A stretch of DNA of 63,884 nt, the filler included, from Reticulomyxa filosa (Eukaryota; Protista; Foraminifera): NCBI GenBank assembly GCA_000512085.1. It is 24 parts of 24 records of this genome, joined end to end, with 100 filler letters (N's around TTAATTAATTAA, not from the genome) between each part and the next. Parts side by side here need not be neighbours in the genome. Positions count along the whole stretch, not along the records: positions 10,200 to 14,425 come from ASPP01001806.1; positions 14,526 to 16,668 come from ASPP01006900.1; positions 16,769 to 21,019 come from ASPP01018602.1; positions 21,120 to 22,738 come from ASPP01039660.1; positions 22,839 to 30,116 come from ASPP01007685.1; 19 more parts are not named here. One strand, 5' to 3'. Position numbers and translations under genes: made by a program. The notes under the pieces are model-generated. The model searched no databases. It saw only the letters and a list, made by a program, of their open reading frames with translations, and had not been told where the DNA came from. Positions 13,901-25,254 of this stretch are shown in pieces (position 1 is the first letter of the stretch; each line of letters opens with the position of its first letter).

Positions 13901-14425
13901 ATATTACTTTAAATAAATCTAATTCATTATCATTATCAAATGATGATAAAAAATCTAAAAAAAATAAAGATGATACAATTAAAAATTCTAAACGTATCAT
14001 TTTTAATGGAATATTAAATCTTCAATTCTTAAAAGATATGAATCTAATTGATTCTTTACATACCACAAATATGGTTTTATTTGATCGAAATCAACAATTA
14101 AAAAGATATGAATGTGTTGAAGATATTTTACAAGAATTCTTTGAAGTTCGATGGAAATATTATGAAAATAGAAAAAATTCATTAATTGCTCAAATTAAAC
14201 ATTTACTTGAAAAAACTAGTCAACAAGCTCGATTTATTTCAATGTTTATTTCTAATCAATTAAAAATTATTCGTCGTTCTAAATCAGATATTTTTCAAGA
14301 TTTACTTAATCATCATTTTCCTTTATGGTTTGCTAAATCTGAAAATACTATTGAAGCAAGAATTCGTTTATTAAAAAATATGGAAGGTAATAAAGATAAT
14401 GATAATGATAATGATAATGATAATG
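10943..14425 (+). CDS. TOP2: DNA topoisomerase II (type IIA), 3'-partial, two apparent -1 frameshifts
   Basis: Exon 1 MSGKK..YEKK, intron 11000-11069, then EHVLIRPDTYVGS, KIFDEILVNAADN, GGRNGFGAKLTNIFS, EGKSA, PLRGKLLNV, MTDQDYDGSHIKGL, YYKGLGT, DGFKPSQRK, AYHHGE and catalytic PRYIY. Frame breaks at A7 runs near 11802 and 12184. Confidence 0.95.
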
Positions 14426-14557
14426 NNNNNNNNNNNNNNNNNNNNNNNNNNNNNNNNNNNNNNNNNNNNTTAATTAATTAANNNNNNNNNNNNNNNNNNN
14501 NNNNNNNNNNNNNNNNNNNNNNNNNTTTTTTTTAATTTAAAAAAAAAAAAAAGAGAT

Positions 14558-16596
14558 TTGTTACGAGCGATTGGGAGAAAACTACTGATAAGCTATGAGA
14601 ATTATAAATTCATAACATATGAATACGAGGGACAGAATAGCGACGGTGCATTAATGAACGGTATCACAAATGGCGTTGGAATAGAAAGTTCTTCGAAAAA
14701 TCATGATCCTACCGATGACGATAATGAGGATGTCAATCCTTATCATCCCCACCATTACGATCATCATCATTCTCAAGACGATACAAACACTAACAAAATG
14801 AACGGACACGCGGCGCCAAAGAAGAGACTGTCGCGAACCCCTTTGCTCACAATGGACACGCTTTCGACTGGCAAAGACACACAACAGCAATACATTTCTA
14901 ACGCTTTTGTCGAAATCGAGACTTTGTCCGATCCTTCCGTCGCTTCGTCCACCACCACCACCGCCGTTCCTATTCGACATACACCACTGCTATCCGAGTC
15001 CGAGTGGCTCATCCAAATCAAAAAGAAAATACAATCCAAATGCTTCGCTCTAGTTTTGTCTGTTTGTTTGCTTGTTTGAATTAAATAACCACATAACATT
15101 ATATATATATATATTATTATTATTATTATTATTATTATTGTTATTATTATCATTTATTTATTTATTTATTATTATATAAATTAAAGCTGTCATATTGGAT
15201 GCTTCAATTTTGGGCAATTGACTTTGAGCCATTTTTGTATGATGTGATCATGCAAGGACAAGCGAAAGTGCAAGGTAATGGAAACGATCAACAGCAGCAG
15301 CAGCAGCAGCAGCAACAACAACAACAACAACAAGAAACACAATCATGTGCACAAATCTTGGAAGAAATAATCGATGGACTAAAAAAAAGCTTGACAGAAT
15401 ATTCGCTCCATTCGACGTATATTGAGTGGTTGCAAGGCGAAGTCCAAAAAATGTTGGAGATCAAAATAGAAAGACAAAAGTGGTTTGAGTTTATTCTGCA
15501 AGAGCAGCAAAAGATGAAATTGGAGAGAGAAATACAAAAGCGATTGCTTCGTGGTCTCGATGATGATGACACGATATCGGAGGCAATGTCAACGGACCCA
15601 TTTGTGGTGTCTGCATCCCAACAGCCACAGCAACAACAACAACCCACCCCATCACCACCACCACCACTACGATCATCTTCACTTCCACCAACGATAATAG
15701 TAACTGACACCACTGCCACCGATGACGTCACTTTTTCCGAAGGGCGCTCCCGCGCAATCGCATCATCGCACTTACCAAATCCCGTCTCTGGCTTGCAGAA
15801 CGCATCTTCGTCTACAGTCCCTACGGCGGCGACAACGACGACAACGACGAGCGAAAGTATCCTACAAAAGCAAAGGAGCACAAGTCTGACCGGAGCGAGC
15901 AAAGTGGAAGACACATTTCAATTGTTGTTACCAAAAGATAATTACACACGAAAACGAAAAAAGAGTACCACAAATTTTTACAAGTTTAAAAGCTTATACG
16001 TACATACATTCATACATACATACATACATACATATATATATGTACATGCACACAAAAATCTATATATATATATACGTATACACCAAAAAAAAAAAAATTT
16101 TTTTTGCATAGCGGAAGAAAAGATAAAACCACAGCAAAAGAGTATGCGAATCAATTAACATTAATGGACTTTGAACTCTTTTTGAAAATTCATCCCAGAC
16201 AATACTTGTACAAAATAATGGACAAAAATAACAAAAACCAAGGACAATATGCGCCACTGAAATTGCTGATTGATCGCTTTCAGAAGTTGCATCAATATGT
16301 GGTGGTCACTATCATTGGGGCTAAATCGCTCGCCAATCGCGTGCAGCTCATCGAGTTTTTCATTTACATTGCCGAGTATCTGTTGAAACTAAACAACTTT
16401 TACTCGTTCATGAGCATTTGCAGCGGCATTGACAGCATTCAAGTACGAAAACTGACCGTGTCTTGGAGTTATGTCAATCCTTCTTGTCAAAGAAAATTTG
16501 ATCAGTTTTTGCAGCCTATTTGCAACACCAGCAAAAATTATCAAGCTTTGAGAAAATTTATTGCTGCTTGTAATCCTCCTGCTATACCTTATTTAG
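14558..16596 (+). CDS. RasGEF (REM + CDC25 domain) protein, partial
   Basis: REM-like IQSKCFAL|LSYWMLQFWAIDF; CDC25 motifs ANQLTLMDFELF..I, RVQLIEFFIYIAEYLLKLNNFYSFMSICSG, SKNYQALRK, PPAIPYLG. Introns 15053-15186 and 15984-16111 are in phase. Confidence 0.9.
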
Positions 16597-17253
16597 GTTT
16601 GAATTCCCTCCCTTTTTTTTTTTTTTTTAGCCCTCTACGTAGCCTCATGTTAATAGTATACGTATAAANNNNNNNNNNNNNNNNNNNNNNNNNNNNNNNN
16701 NNNNNNNNNNNNTTAATTAATTAANNNNNNNNNNNNNNNNNNNNNNNNNNNNNNNNNNNNNNNNNNNNATATATACGTATACGTACATATGCACATTATA
16801 AATATACCGTACAAAAAAAGAAAAGGTAAAATATACAGGAACATAAAATGTGTGATGGTTGACAATAGAAAGCGAAAAAAAAAGAAAAGAAAAGTGACAG
16901 TTCACAACGCTTGGATCAACCCAAGGACAGCCATGGTGCTGACATGTATGACTGCTTTACTATCTTGTTGAATTGTGTTTCAGACGTACACTATTAACAA
17001 AACAACAACAACAAAAAAAAAATGATTGTTGCAAGCGCAGGTCAGCCGAACATTTGTCTGCCAGCGTGCAGGAGGTTGGATTGCGATCTCCGTCTTTGTC
17101 TGCAGTTTTGACTAGCATAAAACAGGAACAGGGAGGAGGGGGGAGAGGAAAAAAAAGACTAGCAACATACGTACAATACATGTATATACATATATATATA
17201 TGTACATATATGTATATGTATGTATATGTATAAAACAAACTAAATAAAAATAG

Positions 17254-17674
17254 AACAATTGGGAACTATTGATCAACAATATCGTGCAAAGTGTGAAAAA
17301 GGACGAGTTATTATCGACATTGAGAGCGATGCGCATAATAGCAAAGAACTTGTCTCGCGAGGATATAAAATTTCGAACGTTGTATGTGGACAATCGCAAG
17401 GTGCAAAAGAAGATCCTGCGACACGACGGTGGCTATGAGTTTTTGTTATCGCTGGGCTTTGTGGAAGTGGAACCGCGCAAGCTGGTTTGCCACTCTCCGA
17501 AAATGGACGATGTGGTTGCGGCCATTCGCGCCTTGGACCGGCGAATCGACCATAGTGCACAGCATTTACAACAGGGCGCCAGCGTCGGCACGGAAGTCAG
17601 TCCTAATGTATTGACTGATCCATTTGCCCATCTGCCTCCTTTGCCCTCGTCTTCGCCGCGTTTCGACGGCAATG

Positions 17675-17713
<39 letters not shown>

Positions 17714-19962
17714 ATACCTCTTTTCTGTCGAATGACTTTCAGAGGCCGTTGGCCCTTTCCTTTCCCCATTATCCTGCTAATGCGCCCTTTGCCCAAGGTC
17801 AGGACTACTGTTATGCACATTCGCAATCTGCCTTTCTTGCAAACACGTATGTTACTTTATTTTTTTATTTTTTATTTTTTTTAAAAAAAAAGAAAAGAGT
17901 AAAATGTTTTGTTTTTTTTTTGGATGTATTAACGGGGGAGTGGGGGGATGGATGGAAGTGCTGAACAGGAAATGTATCGCTCTTACAATGTTCACAATGT
18001 CGATGTCGCAACCAATCAAATGACGCAAATCGATTTCCGTCATGGACGAACCCATCTGCCAACCGTGTCGACTCAACATCAACATCAAATCAACATCAAC
18101 ATCAATCGCAAGCCGATTCCATTGCTCGTCCAAATGCAAACAGGATGTCTCATAGCCCACTAAATCGTGGCCGTGCGTCTATGCCGTCCCAAGGAGTCGT
18201 ACATACGCCTTTGAACCATCCTCCGCGCTTCAGCAATCCCAGGGTCGCATTGGCTCAATCGCCGACCGAACAGGTTGAAAGTGACGACGAAAAAGCAGAC
18301 ACATTGCTCATTTCACAAGACATGGTTACCGATGCTGGACCGCAAGAAACGCACGTTTATTTGCAAACCTTGGAAAAATTCAATGTTTCTTTTTTTTCTT
18401 TATTTTATCCATTTCACAACATAACACAATACAAATATTAAATATCAAATAACAAGCAACAATTGCAAGAACGAGAAGTACAACTGTTTGGAACCGACAC
18501 AGAAAAAAAAAGAGGAGAAAAAGAAGACGTAAAAGAGGAGGAGGAGGAGAAACTACAATCGACAGCAGTGCAAAAAGCATCTGTGACTTCGCGCAATTTC
18601 GATCGACCACATCAAAAGAGTGATGAGAAGAAAGAGAAACCAAGTTCAAACTTAAATCCAAACTCAAACCCACACTTTTATGCACGGTATTTTCGACATG
18701 ATAACTACATCCCGCCCAAACAAGATGCATCTGCAAACAAGCCAATGGATAGCGTCCAAACAAACACAAACACAAATACAAATACGAATACAAATGCAAG
18801 TGCAAACGTAAATGCAAGTGTAAATGTAAATGCAAATGCAAATGCAAATGCAAATACCAATGCAAATACAAATACGAATACAAATACAACCACGATCACT
18901 ACAACAACAGTGGTGACAGGCGCCAAGCCCGCCAAGTCGTCGACGGAAAGTGAAGTTGTACCAAATACTTTCGACTCCGATATCGAACTGTCGCCACCGC
19001 CAGCAGTGTTGCAGGTAGCCAACAGTCCCGCGTCAGGTGACACCGATGTGGAGTCGTTGTTTGATACTAATAGCAATGCAAACCAATTCAATCATGTTCT
19101 TCAACTCGTGTCCGAACCCAATGAGGCCAATACTAATACTAATACAACAACTACTACTAATGATATCCGCCATATTGCCACCAAACATTTGAAAGAAAAA
19201 GTAATCACATACTCCACTTATCAATTCATTTGTGCATTTATGTGTATGTTTTATTTATTTACTTTGTTTTTTTTTTTTGTTTTTTTTTTTGTCGGATTTC
19301 AATGCTCAATATCTCTCTATTCACACCAAACACAATGTTAACTTGATTACAACTATGGCGGAAAGGGAAAACGCATTCGACGGTCTGTGGGCACCTTTTT
19401 TCGCAAGGTTATCAATAAACCGAGGGAAAATCCAAACAAATTCACAATTGAAGATTTGAAAGGGATGGCTCAAAGTCGGAGTGAAAAAACCAATGAACCC
19501 TCTTCAACAGGACAAAGCTTCTACACGAAACCAACTCAAGTCTATTTTGATGATGGCGAATACGTCGTTGTTTCCATGGACGCTAGTGTTACTACTCGTA
19601 CATTAGTTTCCAAAGCTTTAGTCCAAAGGGGATGGTCGGACTCTGTCATGAATGATTATAAATTGTGTATTGAAGACGCTGCCGACGGTTAACTTTCATA
19701 TACTTCAACAGTCGAAATAACTTTTCTTTCTCTCTTCCGCAAATTTGCATCTTTGGAAAGGATTACTTTTATATAATAAATATATCATATGCATATATTT
19801 TTCTTTTTTTTTGTTTTTTAAAAAAAAAAAGCGAATGAGACATTGATCCCATTACAAGACGAAACAATGCCTGTGAAAGACATACATGATATCGCTTCTG
19901 ATCTTGGTTTGGTCAAACCACGCTTTGTTGTTGTTCATCAAAACAATTTCCTAGAAGAATAA
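17254..19962 (+). CDS. PUB-domain protein with long low-complexity region and C-terminal Ras-association/ubiquitin-like domain (multi-exon)
   Basis: PUB: LRAMRIIAKNL..DIKFRTL..NRKVQKKI..DGGYEFLLSLGF. RA-like: TQVYFDDGEYVVVSMDASVTTRTLVSKAL..DYKLC, intron 19688-19831, then LQDETMPV..RFVV, TAA at 19960-19962. Middle exon joins not fully resolved. Confidence 0.65.
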
Positions 19963-20443
19963 TTTACCTGTTAGCATCGGTGAGCTTTTTCCTTTTCTCC
20001 TTCCCTTAATGATCTTTTTTTTGTGCACGTGTATGCATTATTTTACACCTATTGATGCAACCCTTTTTTTTTCTTACCGTACTTATTGTTGAGATATACA
20101 TAATATTTTTTTTCTGATGTTTAACACATTTTCTCCCTTTTTACTCTTAAAATGTTGTTTTTTAAATTTTTCACCTAAAAAGTCCAGGAGTGTCATTGCT
20201 TTCTAAATATCAGTTAACAAATTACTTCAAAATATTTGTTCAAAAAAAAATCACATTTTTCTTTAAAAATTCTCATTCCTTTTTTTGAATACAATAAATT
20301 GATTTTAAAAAGAAAACAGACACTAAAAAAAGATTTTGTAATGAGTTAAGATGAAGCCAAAATCTTTGCGAAAGGATATTACCAAAATAATAGAATGGAA
20401 GAAAACAAACAAACCAACCAGAAAAACAATCAACAAAAGAGGT

Positions 20444-21019
20444 CTATAACTCTTTAGTTAAATTGGCGGAATTAGGATTGGATTGCGTGTTAGTGATAAA
20501 GTTTTGCACATGTGTATAAGCAGAAAAAATATTATTTGGGATTCCAACACCATCATAACCACCTCCAACCAAAGTGACAAGAGCCGGATTCAAGATGTGG
20601 TTCTGTAAAAAGTCCTTTTTTTGCAAGTGTCCAACACTATAATGTTGGATGCACTGAGGTAAGCGATTGATACTGTACAACAATGGTATAGTATTGTTTG
20701 TGTTATTGCACACATAATGATCCGTAGTAGAATTGAGAATAAGATGTCGCGAGGGTAAAAGTTGTGGATCAACATTAAACATTTGACATAATTTGGATTG
20801 AGTGAAGGCAATCAATTGATCATCGTTGTCATTGTTCTGTGTCAGCATGAACACTAAACGTAGTTCGGGTGTATCATTCATGGCACTATTCAATTGAGGA
20901 AAGACAGACGAGTGAAATATAACACCAAGCAGCGGATCTTGGATAGAATTACTTGACGAAAGCACTCCAAATGCATCAAATTTCTTTGAGTTGACAACAG
21001 TGCTTGGAACGTTATACCT
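20444..21019 (-). CDS. PPOX: Protoporphyrinogen oxidase C-terminal part
   Basis: FGVL..DPLLGVIFHSSVFPQ, LRLVFML, CIQHYSVGH and VTLVGGGYDGVGIPNNIFSA match the HemY/PPOX C-terminal pattern (GIVYDS..FP, CIPQY..GH, LAG.SY.GV.V..C). Confidence 0.8.
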   Translation of the reverse strand, partial: RYNVPSTVVNSKKFDAFGVLSSSNSIQDPLLGVIFHSSVFPQLNSAMNDTPELRLVFMLTQNNDNDDQLIAFTQSKLCQMFNVDPQLLPSRHLILNSTTDHYVCNNTNNTIPLLYSINRLPQCIQHYSVGHLQKKDFLQNHILNPALVTLVGGGYDGVGIPNNIFSAYTHVQNFITNTQSNPNSANLTKEL

Positions 21020-21952
21020 NNNNNNNNNNNNNNNNNNNNNNNNNNNNNNNNNNNNNNNNNNNNTTAATTAATTAANNNNNNNNNNNNNNNNNNNNNNNNN
21101 NNNNNNNNNNNNNNNNNNNAGAAAAAACTTATCATAAAACCAATTTCATATTTAAAAACTACAAGATTAGTAGATATTTTTTTAAAAAAAAAATTAGGTT
21201 TAAATCTTTATTTTTCATGGAGAAAATCGATTCTCTTTGTATAGTGCCATTTAGGTATTGCAGTTTTTTTTGCAATCTACTGTATTTTGTCTTTAAATCA
21301 AAACAAACGAGTACACGCAATTGGTGACTGACATTTGTTTGTTGATATGACAATTTGGAAACAAGTATGAATGAAAGACATGATGGTGATGTCCATGTCG
21401 TGTGGATGAACAAAAGCGACGAAGCAAAAACAAATGGATTTGCATTTGTAGGTAGAATGAATATTTGTGGAGGAATGCAAGCCAATTCAAATCAAGTTAA
21501 GCCAATAACAGATTCAAACTTACTTTTTTTGCTTTTCAATTTAAAAAAAAAAAAAAAAGCAAAGGCATGGATTTGACATTTGTAACATGGCATAATAAAA
21601 AAAGCAAGGAAAATAACGAAGCGAAAGAAGAAATAAAGTCGCAAAATGAATTGGAACAGGTCCTTGTGCACACGTAAACACAAACACTCTTTTGATTGTA
21701 TTGTATTGTAAAAAAAAAAAAGTGAAAATCGAAAGATAAGAAAAAGTAAATATTGGAGAATTGAAGTCAGGAATCAATTTGAGAGGTTTGTGTCTCAATC
21801 AGGCATTGGCTATTGAGGGTAATCAGAGGAAAGCTACATATGTAATAAAACCTGGATGCTCTTATGAATTGCAAGCAACCGAAATTGATATTAAAAAGTA
21901 AAAATACAATGAATAGTGATGAAATGAACCCATTGGTTAATACATTGAAACA

Positions 21953-22272
21953 AAATATGGAATCAAAGTGATCAAACCAGCATTGAAAGGAGAGGATAGG
22001 ATAAATGAAAAGTCAATGAAAGATTATGGCGGAAAATTTGATCAAATGTTTGATATTGGAAGATTCACTATTTTATGTGACGATAAAAACAAACTGAACA
22101 CAACTGTGCAAAAAATTTTGGAATAACTTTGTCTGAAGACAAAGATTTTTTTTAATAACCAATCGAAAACACATTATCCATTTTACAATATTAAGTTGTT
22201 TGTTCCAAATTATAAAGTTTATATTGAAATGCAAGCAAAAGGTCATTCTATCATTGAAAAGCAACACTTTTC
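21953..22272 (+). pseudogene. RelA/SpoT-like (Pol-beta-fold) nucleotidyltransferase domain, frameshifted relic
   Basis: Stitched translation PALKGEDRINEKSMKDYGGKFDQMFDIGRFTILCD / FGITLSEDKDFF / SKTHYPFYNIKLFVPNYKVYIEMQA has the order K..R..EK, D..R, Y..(H/N), E.Q of RelA/SpoT synthetase motifs. At least two frameshifts; more degenerate coding-like sequence upstream to about 21200. Confidence 0.55.
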
Positions 22273-22277
22273 AATTT

Positions 22278-22445
22278 CATATATATGTATCAACGATTTC
22301 ATCTTGTTCTTTGGTGGAACTGGTAATGATATTTTTAAATCAGTGTATAAGTATTCAATTTGAGAAAACAAGTGGATGTGTTGCAATATTAAATGAAGAA
22401 AACATATGTGTCAGGGGATGTAATGACATAAACGCAAAAGTGTAC
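22278..22445 (+). pseudogene. Fragment of kelch-like family gene
   Basis: YICINDFILFFGGTGNDIFKSVYKYSI*ENKW../GCVAILNEENICV aligns by eye to YVCVNDFILFFGG..KDIHKFSMKENKW..SVIIFNKDNMYIHIIGG of the gene at 32759. Contains a stop and deletions. Confidence 0.7.
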
Positions 22446-22838
22446 ATATATGTATGATGTTCCACATTTGGTAATTTTTGTTTAAACTATTTCTTTTTTT
22501 TTTGTGATGAAAAAAAAAAATTTGATTGTATGATACGATTAACAAATAATGAAATCCGAATCCAATGATAAATAAAAAATTTTATTTCAAAGATAAATTA
22601 GGTTGAATCGATAATTTTGATTAAATTATTATCAAATATATTTAAATGCAATAAAGTTCAAAAAAATTAAATCTTTTAAAATAGTTTGAGAGATAACTTA
22701 AACTTTGTTTTGATTTTGTAAATAAAAAATTTAATTTCNNNNNNNNNNNNNNNNNNNNNNNNNNNNNNNNNNNNNNNNNNNNTTAATTAATTAANNNNNN
22801 NNNNNNNNNNNNNNNNNNNNNNNNNNNNNNNNNNNNNN

Positions 22839-23380
22839 AAAAAAAAAAAACCCCCCTTTTTTTTTTTTTTTTTTTTTTTTTTCTTCTTCTCAACTTGTTC
22901 CTGCCTCTTGGAAATTTTACGGTTAGACTCTTCCATGTTCTTGACCGCTTTGGCGAATCCTTCGCTCGCGGTCGAATCAATGCTGTTTCGTAAGGTCACT
23001 TGACGGACATGCGCCAATGCTCGCTTCTGTATTTTTTGCGTTTTGCGACGCTGCTTTTCCTCTTCGTCGAGCTCGTCACCTACGTCACTACCGGATCCAC
23101 TCGCTTCGTGCGATACTTGCTTGTCTTCTTCGTTCCCTGCTTGCTCTCTCTCGTCTTCTCCTTCCTCATCCAAACGCACCAAATAGTTGGATGGTACCCA
23201 TCCGTCTTGTCCATCCTCATCTTCTGCGTACCACCAACCACTTGGGCTCGTTTGAATCACCGTGTAAATCGCACCTGCACGCAAATCCAATTCATCCACC
23301 GCTGCTGAAAAATAGTCAGTCAATGCGGTGCATTGGAAACCGCCTTCTTCCATGGCATCACCTTTTTCGGAATCTGCCAT
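22839..23380 (-). CDS. SH3-domain protein, 3'-partial
   Basis: FQCTALTDY..DELDLRAG..VIQTSPSGWWY..GQDGWVPSNYL is a canonical SH3 domain, followed by an acidic/coiled region. Confidence 0.9.
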
Positions 23381-24123
23381 TTGTCAAAATGGATTATGAT
23401 ATCAATTGACCCAAAAAAAAAACTCAATCAAAAAAATAGTTCACAACTTTACGTCGGGACACATTCTATCTCCCTAAAAAATTAAAAATGCTCACGCAAC
23501 TTAGTAAACAATGTACACGCAAAATTAAACACCCTTTTTATGCGTTTGTCAAGGACAAACAATTTTTAAAGTTAAAATAAAATTTTCTGCACATAGGCAA
23601 TAAAAAACGAACAGTTAAGAATTAACGAACAAAAGGGAAATTTAATGCTTCAAAGTTTTTAAAAAATGAAAATTATTCATACTCTCCTTTGTTGTGCAAT
23701 GTACAAAACATTCACAGTTCTAATAAATTTGTTCTACTTTTGCTGTGTCATTGACACACCAGTACAGTTTGTAGTATAAGGTACTACGCGATATAGAGCT
23801 ATATTTGACTCAACGTTTTATTTAAATTTCAATTTTTATCCTTGTAACTTCTCTTTACACTTAGACCTTATCTTACATCATCTGCTGCCACTCATTTTAA
23901 AGGCTTACTTTCAACAATTTAATTTGTTTATATAATTTTTTTCAAATTAATGTACATTTATTGGAATATCTTGCATACTAATTCAACTGTATTCTAACAA
24001 ACCAGTACTTGCAACACGTGATATTGTGTTACATGAAAATTAAAAAGGAAAGCAAAATTACAATTCAAACGAAATAAGTTGTTGAGTATTAAAAAATTGG
24101 AAAAAAATAAATCTTTCAAATAG

Positions 24124-24510
24124 ATGTCCGCTAGTCTATCCTTATTATATCCATCTTTGAGCTATAAATTCACATTATTTCTGCACTCAGCTTACATAAA
24201 TGCATTCATTCACTTGCAGACATTGCAGATATTCAGACAAACTTACCTACATCAACCACTAGAAACAATTGAAGTTGAAAAAAATGACGTTGCAATAAGT
24301 TCGGCAGGTGGTCAGTGTTTGGAAGAGTTATCAGATGGCTTGTTGCTTTCCAGGCACGCCAAAACCAAGACAAACTGGTCAAAACGGCTGAGAAAACAAG
24401 GATTAAAGGCGCGTCTCAGTACTGTGGGAGGAAGAAAAATTATAAGAAGAAAAATACAAAAAGGAAGACACTCGCCCTTCAGGTTTGAGAAAACAAAGTG
24501 TGTAGTCTAA
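24124..24510 (+). CDS. MRPL34: Mitochondrial ribosomal protein bL34-like with N-terminal extension
   Basis: C-terminal KRLRKQGLKARLSTVGGRKIIRRKIQKGRH matches the L34 pattern (KRxRxHGF.AR..T..GR.VL.RR..KGR). The N-terminal extension is compatible with a presequence. Confidence 0.7.
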   Translation: MSASLSLLYPSLSYKFTLFLHSAYINAFIHLQTLQIFRQTYLHQPLETIEVEKNDVAISSAGGQCLEELSDGLLLSRHAKTKTNWSKRLRKQGLKARLSTVGGRKIIRRKIQKGRHSPFRFEKTKCVV

Positions 24511-25254
24511 TTCCCAAATCGACATTGGCATTGTTTGTGAACTTGTTGTATAATTCAGGGGATGTCCATGGTATGATTGCGATTGACATGATTCATGGAT
24601 GTCTTAGTTGGATTTGACACTTTATTTGTTTTTTCTTACTTTTCATTTAATTTTGGCGTTTTTGTGTTTTATTTTTTGTCATCCTCCTCTTGTCTATGTT
24701 GCTTATAACGATGCTCTACGATGGAGCGAGAAAGCTCCAGAAATTGCTTTGCAAAAGTAACCCTTTTATTGTTGTCAAAAAAGAGATGCATTATTTCTTT
24801 ATATTTTTGAGAAATATAATCATTTGATGACACTTATCCATATGTTTCGTTCTGTTATCAAAGTCATTGTCATGTATTTATTTTCCGTTTGGTGCATTCA
24901 CTAGCATAGGGATATCAAGAAAAAGATTTTCTTTTTTGAAGATGCTCCGCACCATCGCAAAAGAGATTGTTTATGTAAGAATCACAAAATGATTGACGTT
25001 TGTTGTCTATTCTCGAAACAAAAAACTTGGTGAGAGAACAAACACCCTTTTTTTTTTTAAATTTTTTATTTATGCAGCAACAAAACTGAGTTACAACTCT
25101 GTGTGAAACAAAAAAATATAAAACAAACCAACTGACAACAAAAAATTGTTTTTTAATTTTTTTCATTATCTTTTTTGTTCCTTTAAAACAGAAAAGGTTA
25201 TCAAAAGACAAAAAAAATGGTTTTGGTTGAAAAGTAGGTCATTTCAAGTGTCGA

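Noticed and set aside
10200-14425. TOP2 contig as free viral or bacterial contaminant
   Set aside because: It has a phase-correct spliceosomal intron with the host-type GTT donor and a host-like (GATAAT)n tract.
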